Shown in pieces: positions 11,210 through 22,350 of a stretch of 64,000 bases of DNA; within the stretch, counting starts at the first letter, position 1; each line of letters starts with the position of its first letter. The notes beneath the pieces are model-generated. The model saw only the letters and a program-made list of their open reading frames with translations, did no database searches and was not told where the DNA came from. Both the position numbers and the translations under genes were made by a program. The DNA is from Carcharhinus longimanus. Lineage: Eukaryota. The DNA lies in contig JASCQW010000122.1 in NCBI GenBank assembly GCA_030264375.1, positions 47,111,408 through 47,175,407 on the forward strand. Direction: 5' to 3'.

Positions 11210-12290
11210 TGGAAATCGACCGCCACCAATACTCCCACTGTCACTGTGCAATTCAAATCAACTCATTATTCCCCTCAGCAGTCTCTAAATCTGATCACTT
11301 TATTAATACTCCGAGCTGATTCCATGGTTTGTCCCTGACATGTCCTTCAGTCTCTGCACTGAGCGACTCCTCAACCTTGGTGATGACAAATCTATATCTT
11401 AGCTCCTGTGAATTCACTCTTCTAAATTAATTAACATCCTGTCTTTCTTTACGTTCTCCTCCACATGAACTCTTCAATGCAACTTAAAGGTACCCTCTTT
11501 AATTTGATAATGGTCCATGCTCTCTCTAGTTGCTCAGCCAGCCAAGAACATTGCCAGCAACCTTTCTGTATATACCATCACTTACATCATATTACCACCT
11601 TCCAATCTCACATATATATTAGCATATCCTGAGAAGAATGCGTCCTCCATGTCACACACAACTACACTTTCTAAATCTCAACTGGTTGGTCTCCATTAGT
11701 TATGATGCATCTCCAGATAATGACTTGCTCAACTACATTTCAGCTTGCTATATTATGATGCCCTTATCCTAAGAAAAAAAAATCGTCTCTCTCATCTCGG
11801 TCATTCACTTTAGTATAGCTTTGTTCTTCATTCCTTCAAGTTCAAGCGACCCAGGTTTGAGCATATATAGCACAACAACCAATCTAATCATCCACTATAC
11901 CTATATCAACACATCAGGCCACAATATCTGTGAAAATCACCCACTGCCCTAGAATAATCCTGGAGAGAGAAGAGTACCCTGTGATGACTTGCTGTATTAT
12001 GAAACACCCCCTCTTACCCGCATAACCACATCAAAAAAAAACAAGTAGCTTACCATCTCCTTTCTAATCAAGATCAGACTGACCATACAAATGTCTTTGC
12101 TGTTTCCCAATCTCTTGTCTGCCCCAAGCCAAACTCCCCCTCCCGCACCGCACCCCCATCAAGTCTTCCCATTTTCTAGCTGATATACCAGGCCCCTTTC
12201 TAGTGTCTCTCTTCAAATTTCCCCTCCAAACTGATGTTGTAAAGCTCACTTTTGCTGCCTTGGCCTTCTTATCTATTAAACTAACCATCT
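11210..12290 (+). mobile_element. Highly decayed L2-clade LINE ORF2 remnant
   Basis: C/T-rich. Contains (Y/N)RPP and SLCTERLLNLGD endonuclease-like motifs. Confidence 0.55.
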
Positions 12291-12349
12291 AACTTTTCTC
12301 ACGTTTTGCAACAACAGAAGCAGCCGACTAAAGATCTTCTAGTGTTGTC

Positions 12350-12463
12350 AGTGGATTTTCCCATTGTTCGCACCCTCCACTGCCAGGGAAATGTGTGGCA
12401 GGGGCTTGCCATCAGCAGAACTCGATGATCCCACTGGAAGGAAGAGCAGGGAAAATCCCACCC
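12350..12463. mobile_element. Short palindromic MITE-like element
   Basis: Inverted ends GTGGATTTTCCC ... GGGAAAATCCCAC. Confidence 0.6.
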
Positions 12464-13314
12464 TAGGTTGCTGAGTGTATGGCTTCCTGGGGTTGCACTG
12501 GAGGCTAGAATTGGAGAGGTACAGACCCTTTGGAAGGATAGAAAGTTTCAATCAGTTATAGAGATAGGAGGAGCAAGGCCATTGATGGATTAAAAATTAG
12601 AATGAAAAATTTTAAAATTGAGATACTGCTGAACTAGGAGACAACATAAGTTAAGAAACACAGGAGCCATGGGTGATTGGAACGTAATTCCAGACCTTTA
12701 GTGAATGACATGACCTGTTACATTAACTGGAAAGTCAGCATGCCGTGACAAAATTACTATTGATGAGTTTTGGTGTTCTAATTACTGTCTCACCGAATTA
12801 TGCAATGTCAATGGATGTTTATTCACTGTTTAATGATGAAAAATTGAGAATCTGAAAGCTGCTTAATAGAGTAATGGTTCATAATGTCAACAGAAACTAA
12901 CTGATCACAGTTACATTAATATTAATTAATGAACATGAGTCATCAATAAATTATGAAGTGAAGAAAAATAAAATCATTTCTCATCTGCAAAGAAATTGCC
13001 CAGCATCATGGATACCTTCTAAATTAACCTCAGGGCACTCCTCAGAGAAATCACCCTCTAGCTGTCCTCAGGATATAACAGCAATTAGATTTTGCAGTTA
13101 AATTTTACGCAGATTTTTCTTAACACTGTAATAATATCCTGCATGTTAACTCTTACAATTCTTGTCTTTAACAGTATGCTTCTCAAGAGCAATGTCATGG
13201 GGCAGCAGCTGATATAGTTCCTCCTGTTATTATACAACCAGCTGTTTGAAATGAAAGTGTCTATATTAACCTGTCTGTTGTATGGTTATATTAGTCAAAA
13301 AGAGTTGGGATTGC

Positions 13315-13722
13315 TAATGAAGAGTGCAGCAGGGCATGCCAGGAGCAGCACCAGGCACATCTAAAAATTAGGTGTGAACCTGATGAAGCTACATGTGGTT
13401 ACTTGCAAGCCAAACAGCAAAAGCAGCATTCGATGGAAGGAGCTAAGTGATCCCATGACTAACAGATCAGATCTAAGCTCTGCAATCCCGTAACATCCCA
13501 TCATAAATGGTTGCGGACAATTAAAAAACTCATTGGAGAGAAGGCTCTGCAAACATCCTTATTCTCAAAGACGGGGGTGCACAGCATATCAGTGCAAGAG
13601 ACAAGGCTGAAGCATTTTCAACAATCTTTGGCCAAAAGCGTCAAGTGGATGATTCATTCCTGCCTCCTCCTGGGATCCTCAGCATCACAGATGGCAGCTT
13701 TCAGCCAATTGGATTCACTCCA
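13315..13722 (+). mobile_element. Non-LTR retrotransposon ORF2 fragment (CR1 group, second family)
   Basis: EECSRACQEQHQAHLK..., IRSKLCNP, TIKKL.G, GAQHISARDKAEAF.TIF.QK (endonuclease-RT linker). Confidence 0.7.
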
Positions 13723-13957
13723 TTATTTTCTTATTCATTTCTACAGGATGTGGGTGTCACTGGCTAAGCCAGCATTTATTGCCCAGCTATAGTTGCCCTT
13801 CAGAAGGTGGTAGGCGACAAGGGTGATGCCCACATTCCATGAACAAATAAATAATTTTTAAAAAATCTCTTAATAATTAATTTTTATATATTATCTTCAG
13901 TGAAGCCCAAGTTGTTGACAAAGTAACAGCCACAATGCACTGGATAAGGCAGGCACA

Positions 13958-14414
13958 GGGCTGCACGGTGGCACAGTGGTTAGCACTCTTGCTTCACAGC
14001 ACCAAGGACCTGGGTTCAATTCTGACCTTGGGTGCCTGTCTGTATGGAGTTTGCACAGGTTTCTTCGGGCGCTCCAGTTTCCTCCCGCAATGCAAAGATG
14101 TGCAGGTTAAGTAGACTGGCCGTGCTAATTTGTAAATTATTATTTATTCATTCATGGAATGTGGACATCACTGCCTAAGCCAGTGCTTATTGCCCTGTTG
14201 AAGATGGTGGTGAGTTGCCTGCATTAACCAGCATTAATGCAGCAACACCAACAGTGCTGTGGGGAAAGGTTTTGACCCAGCAATTTTGAAGGAACAATAA
14301 TATAGTCCTTTATGGGGTAAATATGTGGGATTTGGAGGATGGGGCCTGAATAAGGTGCTCTGTTAGAGAGTCGGCGCAGGCCTTCTTCTGCCCTGTAGGG
14401 ATTCTGTAGTTCTA
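13958..14414 (+). mobile_element. HE1-type V-SINE interrupted by an antisense LINE 3' end (~14135-14308)
   Basis: Head and V-domain to ~14130, then inserted TTATTCATTCATGGAATGTGG... tail, then the HE1 tail resumes at GGGGTAAATATGTGGG. Confidence 0.8.
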
Positions 14415-14876
14415 GTCTAAGTACTAGCATTTAATGGGGACATCTAAACTAATGAATGAATGGGATAGGAACATGAAATAGAGTGAATAGAGGTGGATTA
14501 GGTAAACCGGGTGGTGAGGAAGGAGCTAGCGGGGAATTTAATGGCTGATGCAACCTTAGCTCACTTACTAGTGCTGTCCTTCCCTCCTTCCCCCCCAAGT
14601 CCAATCACCCTAGACTCCTTTGTTAATCAAAAATCTATCAAAACACAGTCCCTTATATCAACCAATCCCAAGAAATATTAAATAGAAAGGACCAAAAACC
14701 ATATGAAAGCTTTGTGGATACTGCAGTTTCAATTTCCAGACATTATGGAGAAGAACAAGTCACTGAAAAAGCAAGTGTTAGGAGCATTTTGAATGAGTAA
14801 TGTTATGGATAAGTTTACTGATTTAATTTTATTTTTATATAGCTTAATTATGTTATTTTGTTTGTAGCATTGTATA

Positions 14877-15147
14877 AGTTTATTTATTAGTGTGACAAGT
14901 AGGCTTACATTAACACTGCAATGAAGTTACTGTGAAAATCCCCGAGTCACTACAATCCGGCACCTGTTCAGGTACACTGAGGGAGAATCTAGCATGGCCA
15001 ATGCACTTAACCAGCACATCTTTCAGACTCTGGGAGGAAACCGGAGCACCTGGAAGAAATGCATGCAGATTCTGCACAGACAGTGAGCCAAGCTGGGAAA
15101 TCGAACCCATGTCCCTGGTGCTGTGAGGCAGCAGTGTTAACCACTGT
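14877..15147 (-). mobile_element. V-SINE, alternative-tail subfamily
   Basis: Same head and V-domain as HE1, but the tail is TTTTCACAGTAACTTCATTGCAGTGTTAATGTAAGCCTACTTGTCACACTAATAAATAAAC. Confidence 0.88.
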
Positions 15148-16037
15148 CATAGTTTGATCGGTGCAAAACAAAATATAAGATGTTTAGGGTTTCAAAGAGT
15201 TAATTGATTGCTTTTTGCGAAATTTATGGATTAGTTCTGTGGCACTTGCTGATCGTAACTTTTTCCTATTCGTTTAAGTGATCGTGATTGGCCTACTTTT
15301 CACGGTTCCTGCATGGCTGAAATCTTCCATTGCTTTAAATAATCAAATCTTGATTACTTTTGTGTTGTAAACAAAACCTTGTACGATGTTTTTGTGAAGG
15401 ATGAAGTGTGATTGAAGCGCACAAAGGGCTCCAAGAGAAGGAAGGTGGTAAAGAGAGGGAGGGAGAGAGGGAAAGGGCAAGGTCAGTAAAATGCAAGAAT
15501 AAATGGCTGCAGTGCCATACTGAACAGTCAGGGGGAAATACAGTAAACTTGACAATAAATAGGGGCTCCCCCCCTGCCGCTGCAGACCCGACAAAAATTA
15601 TGCAATTCACAGCTCATGAAACTGTCACTTTGAATTGAGAATTTTACACGTACACTATAATTGTGTAAAGACAGGGTTCCAGGATTCAAATCCATTCAAA
15701 AAAAAACATCTATATGCCACAATCTTTCTCAAGTCAGTAGTGTTTATAAATTGCTGGTTCTATTTTCGATCATGGTCAGACATTGGGGAGTTAGCAGCTG
15801 ACTTAAGAGTTGACATGAGTTTTATGGATAGAAGGGCTCCCTTTAAGCAGGAATAGGCTAAAGCATGGAGTCCACATTTGATGACACTAAATCAATTGCT
15901 AATTCTACCACGAAAAGAAATTGGTGCATTTTGTGTACATACCTTTATACCAGAATGTTAACACCTTGGGAACTGTTCGAAGTGTGTGACAACTGCCCAA
16001 TTTACCACAATAGAGACATTCATGAGGAATAATATTT

Positions 16038-16368
16038 TCATAGACTCATAGGGTCCCTGCAGTGCAGAAAGAGGCCATTTGGCCCACTGGGCTTGCACTG
16101 GCAACAATCCCACCCAAGCTCCATCCCGACAACCCAACACATTTACCCCACTAATCCCTCTGACATGAAGGGGTTATTTACCATGGCCAATCCACCTAAC
16201 CTGCACATCTTTCGAGTGTGGGAGGAAACCAGAGCACCCGGAGGAAACCCACACAGACACGGGGAGAACATGCAAATTTCACACAAACAAGAACCAAAGG
16301 CCGGAATTGAACCCAGTTCCTTGGTGCTGCGAGGCAGCAGTGCTAACCACTGTGCCACCATGCCGCCC
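16038..16368 (-). mobile_element. HE1-type V-SINE, full length
   Basis: Reverse complement of head, V-domain and CR1-type tail. Confidence 0.92.
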
Positions 16369-16479
16369 TTGCGGTACCCCATAGGGGGTTGCATTTTCTT
16401 TACCTATCCTTCTTCCTCCAGATACTTTGCAAATCTGAGACGAGCTTCTGAGCACCATACCATTCAATCATCAATGTTG

Positions 16480-16780
16480 TAACATCACCTAATTCCACCC
16501 TGTATCAGTTCATTTGCTGTTAAACCAATCACCCATGCTTTCGATACTTTGGCACTCAATGAAGTCAAATAGGCCAGCCTCTTACCTTGCAGCTTCTGTA
16601 AACATGAGCTCATCCAAATCTCTGCTGCTTGTAATCTTAATCTGCTCCAAGCGCTGATCATCCAACAATCCTCTGCTTGCTGACCTACATTGGCTCCAGG
16701 TACAGAAATGCCTCGATTTTAAAATTCACACCCTTATTTTCAAATTTCTCCACGGTCTTTCCTCTCCCTCTCTCAGTAAT
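16480..16780 (+). mobile_element. L2-clade LINE ORF2 C-terminal remnant
   Basis: ELIQISAA.. and LLADLHWLQVQKCLDFKI match the L2 L..LHWLPV..RI.FKI motif. Confidence 0.7.
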
Positions 16781-17482
16781 AAGATTGACCTGAAGTGTCC
16801 AGGAATTGAAGATCAATTTCTAGGGCACTGCTGCGTGCAAAGCTGGAGAAAAATCACTGGGATGTCAGAGCATTTGTCAATTTTCTTTGAACAATTCTCC
16901 TTACTAGATAAAAAATTATTGAAAAGGAAAAAATAGAAGCTATTTGGCCAAAAGCCAAGCACCGTCCAATATTTGCTCTCCAACTGGCGAAGGAAGGCAA
17001 TGCATTACAAGGACGGACGTATTGGCTGACTAATAGCTGGAGCATGGAGGCAAGTCATTGAAACATAGAATAGAATCACAGAATCCCCTCAGTGCAGAAA
17101 GAGGCCATTCAGCCCATCAAGTCTGCATCAACTCTCTGACAGAGAATTCCACCCAGGCCTAACCTCACATAACTCCATGTATTTTGTTTGTTCAACAACA
17201 GACTGATAGTTTTACTCTCGAAGAAAGTGTTTTGGTTCCCAAGCTGCCAAGAGAGAGTTATCCTTCGCATCTCTTTCTTAAGTCTGAAGACTGGAAGCTG
17301 CTAGATTTTCTTGTCTGTTTTGCTGCCCCAAGGATATACACTTCTCTGAAAACTGTTGCTTGGATTTCTGTCCATAGGTGATAAAAGTTGGAAATCTAGT
17401 ATCACATACTGGTTTTAGTGCGAACTAATCTTGAAGAAAGGTATATACCTATGGTGTACTGCTTTCACATTAGAACAACAGT

Positions 17483-17740
17483 ATGGTGGCACAGAGGTGA
17501 ACACTGCTGCCTCATAACGCCAGAGACCCCGGTTGAATTCCTGGCTTGGGTGTGCAGAGTCTGCACATTGTCCTTGTGTCTGTGTGGGTTTCCTCCAGGT
17601 ACTCCAGTTTCCTCTCACAGTTCAAAAGACGGCTGGTTCGGTGCACTGACCATGCTAAATTCTCTTTCAATGTATCCAAACAGGGCTGGAATGTGGCGAC
17701 TAGGGAATTTTCACAGTAACTTCATTATAGTGTTAATCTA
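17483..17740 (+). mobile_element. V-SINE, alternative-tail subfamily
   Basis: Head, V-domain and tail GGGAATTTTCACAGTAACTTCATTATAGTGTTAAT. Confidence 0.85.
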
Positions 17741-17777
17741 AGTCGACATAAGCCTGTTAAGAATTATATTCTAATGC

Positions 17778-17910
17778 AGCTCTGACGAAGAGTCATTGAG
17801 TCTCAAAATGTTGGCTCTATTCTCTTCTCACAAATGCCGTCAAACTTGCTGAGATTTTCCAGCATTATTTGTTTTTGTTTCAGATTCCAGCATCCGCAGT
17901 ATTTTGCTTT
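17778..17910 (+). mobile_element. Short Penelope-type terminal repeat with decayed hammerhead-ribozyme motif
   Basis: AGCT-CTGACGA-A-GAGTCattgaGTCTC-AAAATGTT-GGCT, followed by the CTGAGATTTTCCAGCATT..TCAGATTCCAGCATCCGCAGT body. Confidence 0.65.
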
Positions 17911-18366
17911 AGTTTATCTAGTGCATTTGATATGTGTGCTTTTGTTTTCTGCAGCTCAGTCCCTCCTGAATATCCATGACGTGTAAAAAGACTTCAAGAC
18001 GTAGGTGGCCAAAATGTCTATGCAAGAAAGTAAAATGCGTTAATTACAAACTCTGTAGTGACAATGTTTGTTAAATAAGTTATTACCCAATGTTGCAACT
18101 TAATCATTTCAATTCTACTCGATGTACCATTTACTTTATTTACACTTTAACTCTTGCTGTAATTTTTCAATTATTTTTCTCGCTTGAGATGCATAAAGTA
18201 TATTTTTTGGTGCGGTGGGGGGGAGGTGGAGTGGAGGGGCAATGCACCTATTTCCTGTCTGTTTGTGGGAAGGTCCAAAGCCTCCCTTTGACATTTCCTT
18301 TTATTCTGTGACTCAACAATGATAGACCCTGTGACACACATGGTTGAATTTTTACTCTTACAATCA

Positions 18367-18696
18367 GGTGGCACAGTGGTACAGTGGTTAGGTCTGCTGC
18401 CTCACAGTGCCAGGGACCCGTGTTTAATTCCAGTCTTGGGTGAAGGGTCTGTATGAAGTTAGCACGTTCTCCTGGCGTCTGCTGGGTTTCTTCCAGGTGC
18501 TTTGGTTTCCTCCCAGAGTCCAAAGATGTACAGGTTATGTTGACTGGCCATTCTCAATCGCTCCTTAGTGTCAGGGGGATTAGCGGGGTAAATACATGTA
18601 GTTACGGGGATAGGACCTGGGTGGGATTGTGGTCGGTGCTGGCTCGATGGGCTGAAGGCCCTCTTTCTGCGCTGTAGGGATTCTATGATCCTATGA
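18367..18696 (+). mobile_element. HE1-type V-SINE, full length
   Basis: Head, V-domain and GGGATTCTATGATCCTATGA tail. Confidence 0.92.
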
Positions 18697-19588
18697 AAAT
18701 GGATGTTACCAGATTAACGGGTCCATTTGCATTGTCAGTGGAAATTAAATTTGGGCTGATCTGCTACTGACTATTTTACATCCAACGTTCAAAGTGAAAA
18801 AGCAACCAGTCAGTGGATTTTTTTTTATTATTGAAAGATATGCACTTGGCATCGAAGACAATTCAGAATAGCACTGCAATAACAAGCCCCCAGTGTGAAG
18901 AAGATGAGCCAAGAAGGAAATTTGGAAAAATTCAACCTCTGGAGTCTCGAAAGATGAAGGTTAAGGATGGACTTCATTGAGGCATCCAAATGATTAAATG
19001 GCAGAAACTATTACCTTAAAGCGAAAACTAAGGTCAGAGGTCAAAACAGCATCCTACTTTCTGTGATGCTTCTCAGGATATCACCAAGGGCATGGGGGCA
19101 GAGGGCATAACAGTGGAAATGTGGAGCATGGTCGATGGGGCAAGAGTTCGAGAGGTTTCTGAAAACAGACAAATATACCAAAAGCAATAAGGCAGTAAAG
19201 TGAAGGTTATTTTGGAGGGCAGGACACCAGAGTTTGAACAAAGGGCCATCAAATATAAAATAAAGGAACAAGGAACAACTTATGGTTACAGGAATGCTGC
19301 TGGGATTCTCTAAACTGGCCCGTAGCAGTCCTCCTGCTGTGAATGGAGGTTTGGCTGAGTGCCAAATTCTCTGCTTTCACTGGCAGCGGTAGCAGGTTAT
19401 ATGCGGGCAGAGAATCATGGTCACCGAATGGTAGAGGGGTCCAGCTTGTGGGTAGAGAGATAAGGTAATTGGAATGCCTCTGGAGGTAGGTTTACATTAC
19501 CATTGAGCATGGGTTGAAACTAATATCAACGAAGAGTAAATTTAAAATATTAGCAAGAAACCATTTACCCTAATGATGAAAAGCATTA

Positions 19589-19715
19589 GGGCGGGATTTT
19601 ACGGCCTTGATCATCCCAAAACTGTAAAATCCTGCCCAAGGTCAAACAGGTCTTTCTATTTTCTCCCCTCACCCGCTCTGACTCCCATGGCAGCCAGAAC
19701 GGTAAAATCTGGGCC
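19589..19715. mobile_element. Short palindromic MITE-like element
   Basis: GGGCGGGATTTTAC has inverted copies GTAAAATCCTGCCC (internal) and GTAAAATCTGGGCC (end). Confidence 0.7.
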
Positions 19716-20499
19716 TTTGTGGAGATTGCCAGGCAGTTTAGTCGAAGCAAACAAAATAAAATGGCTTCATCTAACTGAATGTCATAATGAGAGAATTTTA
19801 GTGGAGAATCGATGGGGCCAAAATGCTTTTTATAATCCTTGACTTCTTTATCGATTTATATTGACCTGGAGTCTGTAGTATTTTGACTGCATTATAACCC
19901 CTGACCAAAATTTTAAAATAGAAATCCTGTAACTTCAGTGCTCTGCCATTATTTCACTGTTAGAAACTCCAGAAAACATTGAGCCTAGTTCTATGAGTTT
20001 CACTTATAGTTTTAAACTTTGATCTGAATTAAAACTATTGTTGATCTACCCTCAAAAATAAGTGGAGTGTTTTTAAGTGTTTCCTTTTTGATTGATTACT
20101 AGATTTTGTTTCAATGACTAAAATGAAATGTACATACTTTCCTGATATTTCAGCTTCTACCCCAATCTTTATTTCACTCTGTGTAATATTTTAAAAATGT
20201 GATTTGATTATTTGCGCTTTTTGATTTCCTGATTGGCTGTCTATTAGAATTCTATAATGTGACTGGCTGCTTGAAGAGCTTGCTATCTTGTGTTTGGAAT
20301 CCCAATTAAACAATGCTGCAATCAATTGCACAGTGTAAGAGTTAAACTTCTCTCCATGGAGATCGCTTTCTCGATGTCAAAAGCGAGTACCCTTGTTTTA
20401 TCACTGACAATACAAGCTATTATCTCTCTCAGCGAACATTACGTTCTCAATCACTGTGTACCACTCATTTAGTAAAAGGAGCACAGATTACAATATTAG

Positions 20500-20596
20500 A
20501 TGATGCGTCATCCTGACTCGAAACATTGGCTCTATTCTCTCTCCACAGACCGGCCGACAAACCTGTTGAGATTTTCCAGCATTTTCTGTTTTTGTT
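20500..20596 (+). mobile_element. Short Penelope-type repeat, partial hammerhead motif
   Basis: GTCATCCTGACTC-GAAAC-ATTGGCT followed by the same body as the 17778 copy. Confidence 0.62.
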
Positions 20597-20775
20597 ATAA
20601 TTTGAGATGATGTTTTGGAACAACACAAAATTGACTTATGATTTAAATGGAAAAATACAAGCATTTAAATGATCTTTGCAGCAGGATTATAAACATGATT
20701 AATTTGTTAAAATAAAGGTCTAAAAAGCCTTGTTATGTTATGATATCATTGTGTTGCATGCACCAACATTGTTTG

Positions 20776-20885
20776 GAATCTGAAACAAAAACAGAAAATG
20801 CTGGAAAATCTCAGCTGGTATGACAGCAAGTGTGGGGAGAGAATAGAGCTAAGGTTTTGAGTCTGGATGACCCTTCATCAGAGCT
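20776..20885 (-). mobile_element. Short Penelope-type repeat with hammerhead motif
   Basis: Reverse strand reads AGCT-CTGATGA-A-GGGTCatccaGACTC-AAAACCTT-AGCT. Confidence 0.65.
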
Positions 20886-20956
20886 TCAAAAAGCGAATCT
20901 TGTCTGATGGAACATTTACATATGATTACCGCTTTGGGTTCGCAGTCATGTCCCAT

Positions 20957-21066
20957 TTGGGAGTCGGTTAGCTCTGTTGGCTGGATAGCTGGTTTGGGAT
21001 GCAGAGTAACAACAACAGCACAGATCCATTTCCCTGTACTAGCTGAGGTTATTCATGAAGGCCCCG
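20957..21066 (+). mobile_element. tRNA-derived SINE (third family), 5' part
   Basis: TAGCTCTGTTGGCTGG A-box-like head. Matches the reverse-strand copy at 33603-33825. Confidence 0.6.
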
Positions 21067-21159
21067 TGTAATAAGTCATTGGAAGCAGAAGTCCCTTCAG
21101 CAAAATCCCTTTATTTACAAGTCTGAATAACAGCATACAGAGTGCTTTCAATTAGCAAT

Positions 21160-21266
21160 CTACAGCAGGAGGTCTTGCTGCAACTGTATAGGGCACTGGT
21201 GAGGCCGCAGCTGGAGTACTGTGTGCAGTTTTGGTCGCTGCACTTGCGCAAGGATATTTTGGCCTT
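21160..21266 (+). mobile_element. CR1 ORF2 fragment
   Basis: EVLLQLYRALVRPQLEYCVQFWSLHLRKDILA. Confidence 0.9.
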
Positions 21267-22224
21267 NNNNNNNNNNNNNNNNNNNNNNNNNNNNNNNNNN
21301 NNNNNNNNNNNNNNNNNNNNNNNNNNNNNNNNNNNNNNNNNNNNNNNNNNNNNNNNNNNNNNNNNNTCACAAAGTTGACGTGGTGGGGGAAAATAGCCCC
21401 ATTGCTTGTGCTGTGATGGGTTGGGGGGGGGGGGCGGAATCGTCCCCCAGTGTGTGTGAAACGGGGGTCCTAATGTGCAAGAGGAAAGGAGGCTGGGAGC
21501 TGTTCAGTTTCTGTACTGATCAGGGTGTCCTTTAAAGGTGGCATCCCGATCTCTTATGGAACTGGCCTCGCCTGTTCTATCAGGCTTCACACATTGACCT
21601 TCTCCCCCCACAGACAGGTTCAAGATTGGGACTAAAAGTTCAGCCGTGCAGCTGGAGAGTGACACACCAGTTTTCAGTCAAAGCCTGACACTTTGAAAAA
21701 GTCTGGGAAAATTCCACCGATAGATTCTGAACCTAGCAGTGTTTTAAACTCTTTGAAGCAAAAGCTCACCTGTGATGTGCTTGTTTTACATCTTTAAATG
21801 TGCACAAAGAATACCAAAGGGCTAGGTAATGACTTACGTCTGACTTAAAACAGGCACTGACCTCACTGTTAAATTTGTGAGGATCACTTTTAAAAGTCCT
21901 GAGTGGACGCCGAGGACAAACACTAACTTCTTTGCATGGGGGTCTGAAGTCTGTTCCAGTGCCCCTTTCTCTGAGTTCAAATTAACCAGATCCAAATACT
22001 GGTTCACCCACAAAAGGAATCACTGGAGGCCGCCGTCGAAAGCCAGGAAGACTCCCACCCGGCTCCAACAAAGTCACACAAATTAAGGGCAGCCTCGACT
22101 TGGCACCCAACCCTTCAAGTACCGCTGCTGGCCAACGCCATCCAATTTAAAGCTCCTCAAGTAGCGCGACTGAATAAAAGGAACCACCCTCAAGCTAAAA
22201 AAAACAATTCTTCAAAAGCAAAAG

Positions 22225-22350
22225 ACAGCCGACACTGGAAAGTTAAAACAAAAGTACAAAAAGCTGGAAATACCCAGCAGGTCAGGCAGCATCTGTGGAC
22301 AGAGTAGCAGATTTAACATTTCAGCTATTGTCAGGGCATTTCTTCAGTCT
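22225..22350 (-). mobile_element. Older Penelope-type short repeat
   Basis: Reverse strand reads CTGAAGA...GAAATGTT...CCACAGATGCTGCCTGACCTGCTGGGTATTTCCAGC. Confidence 0.55.
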
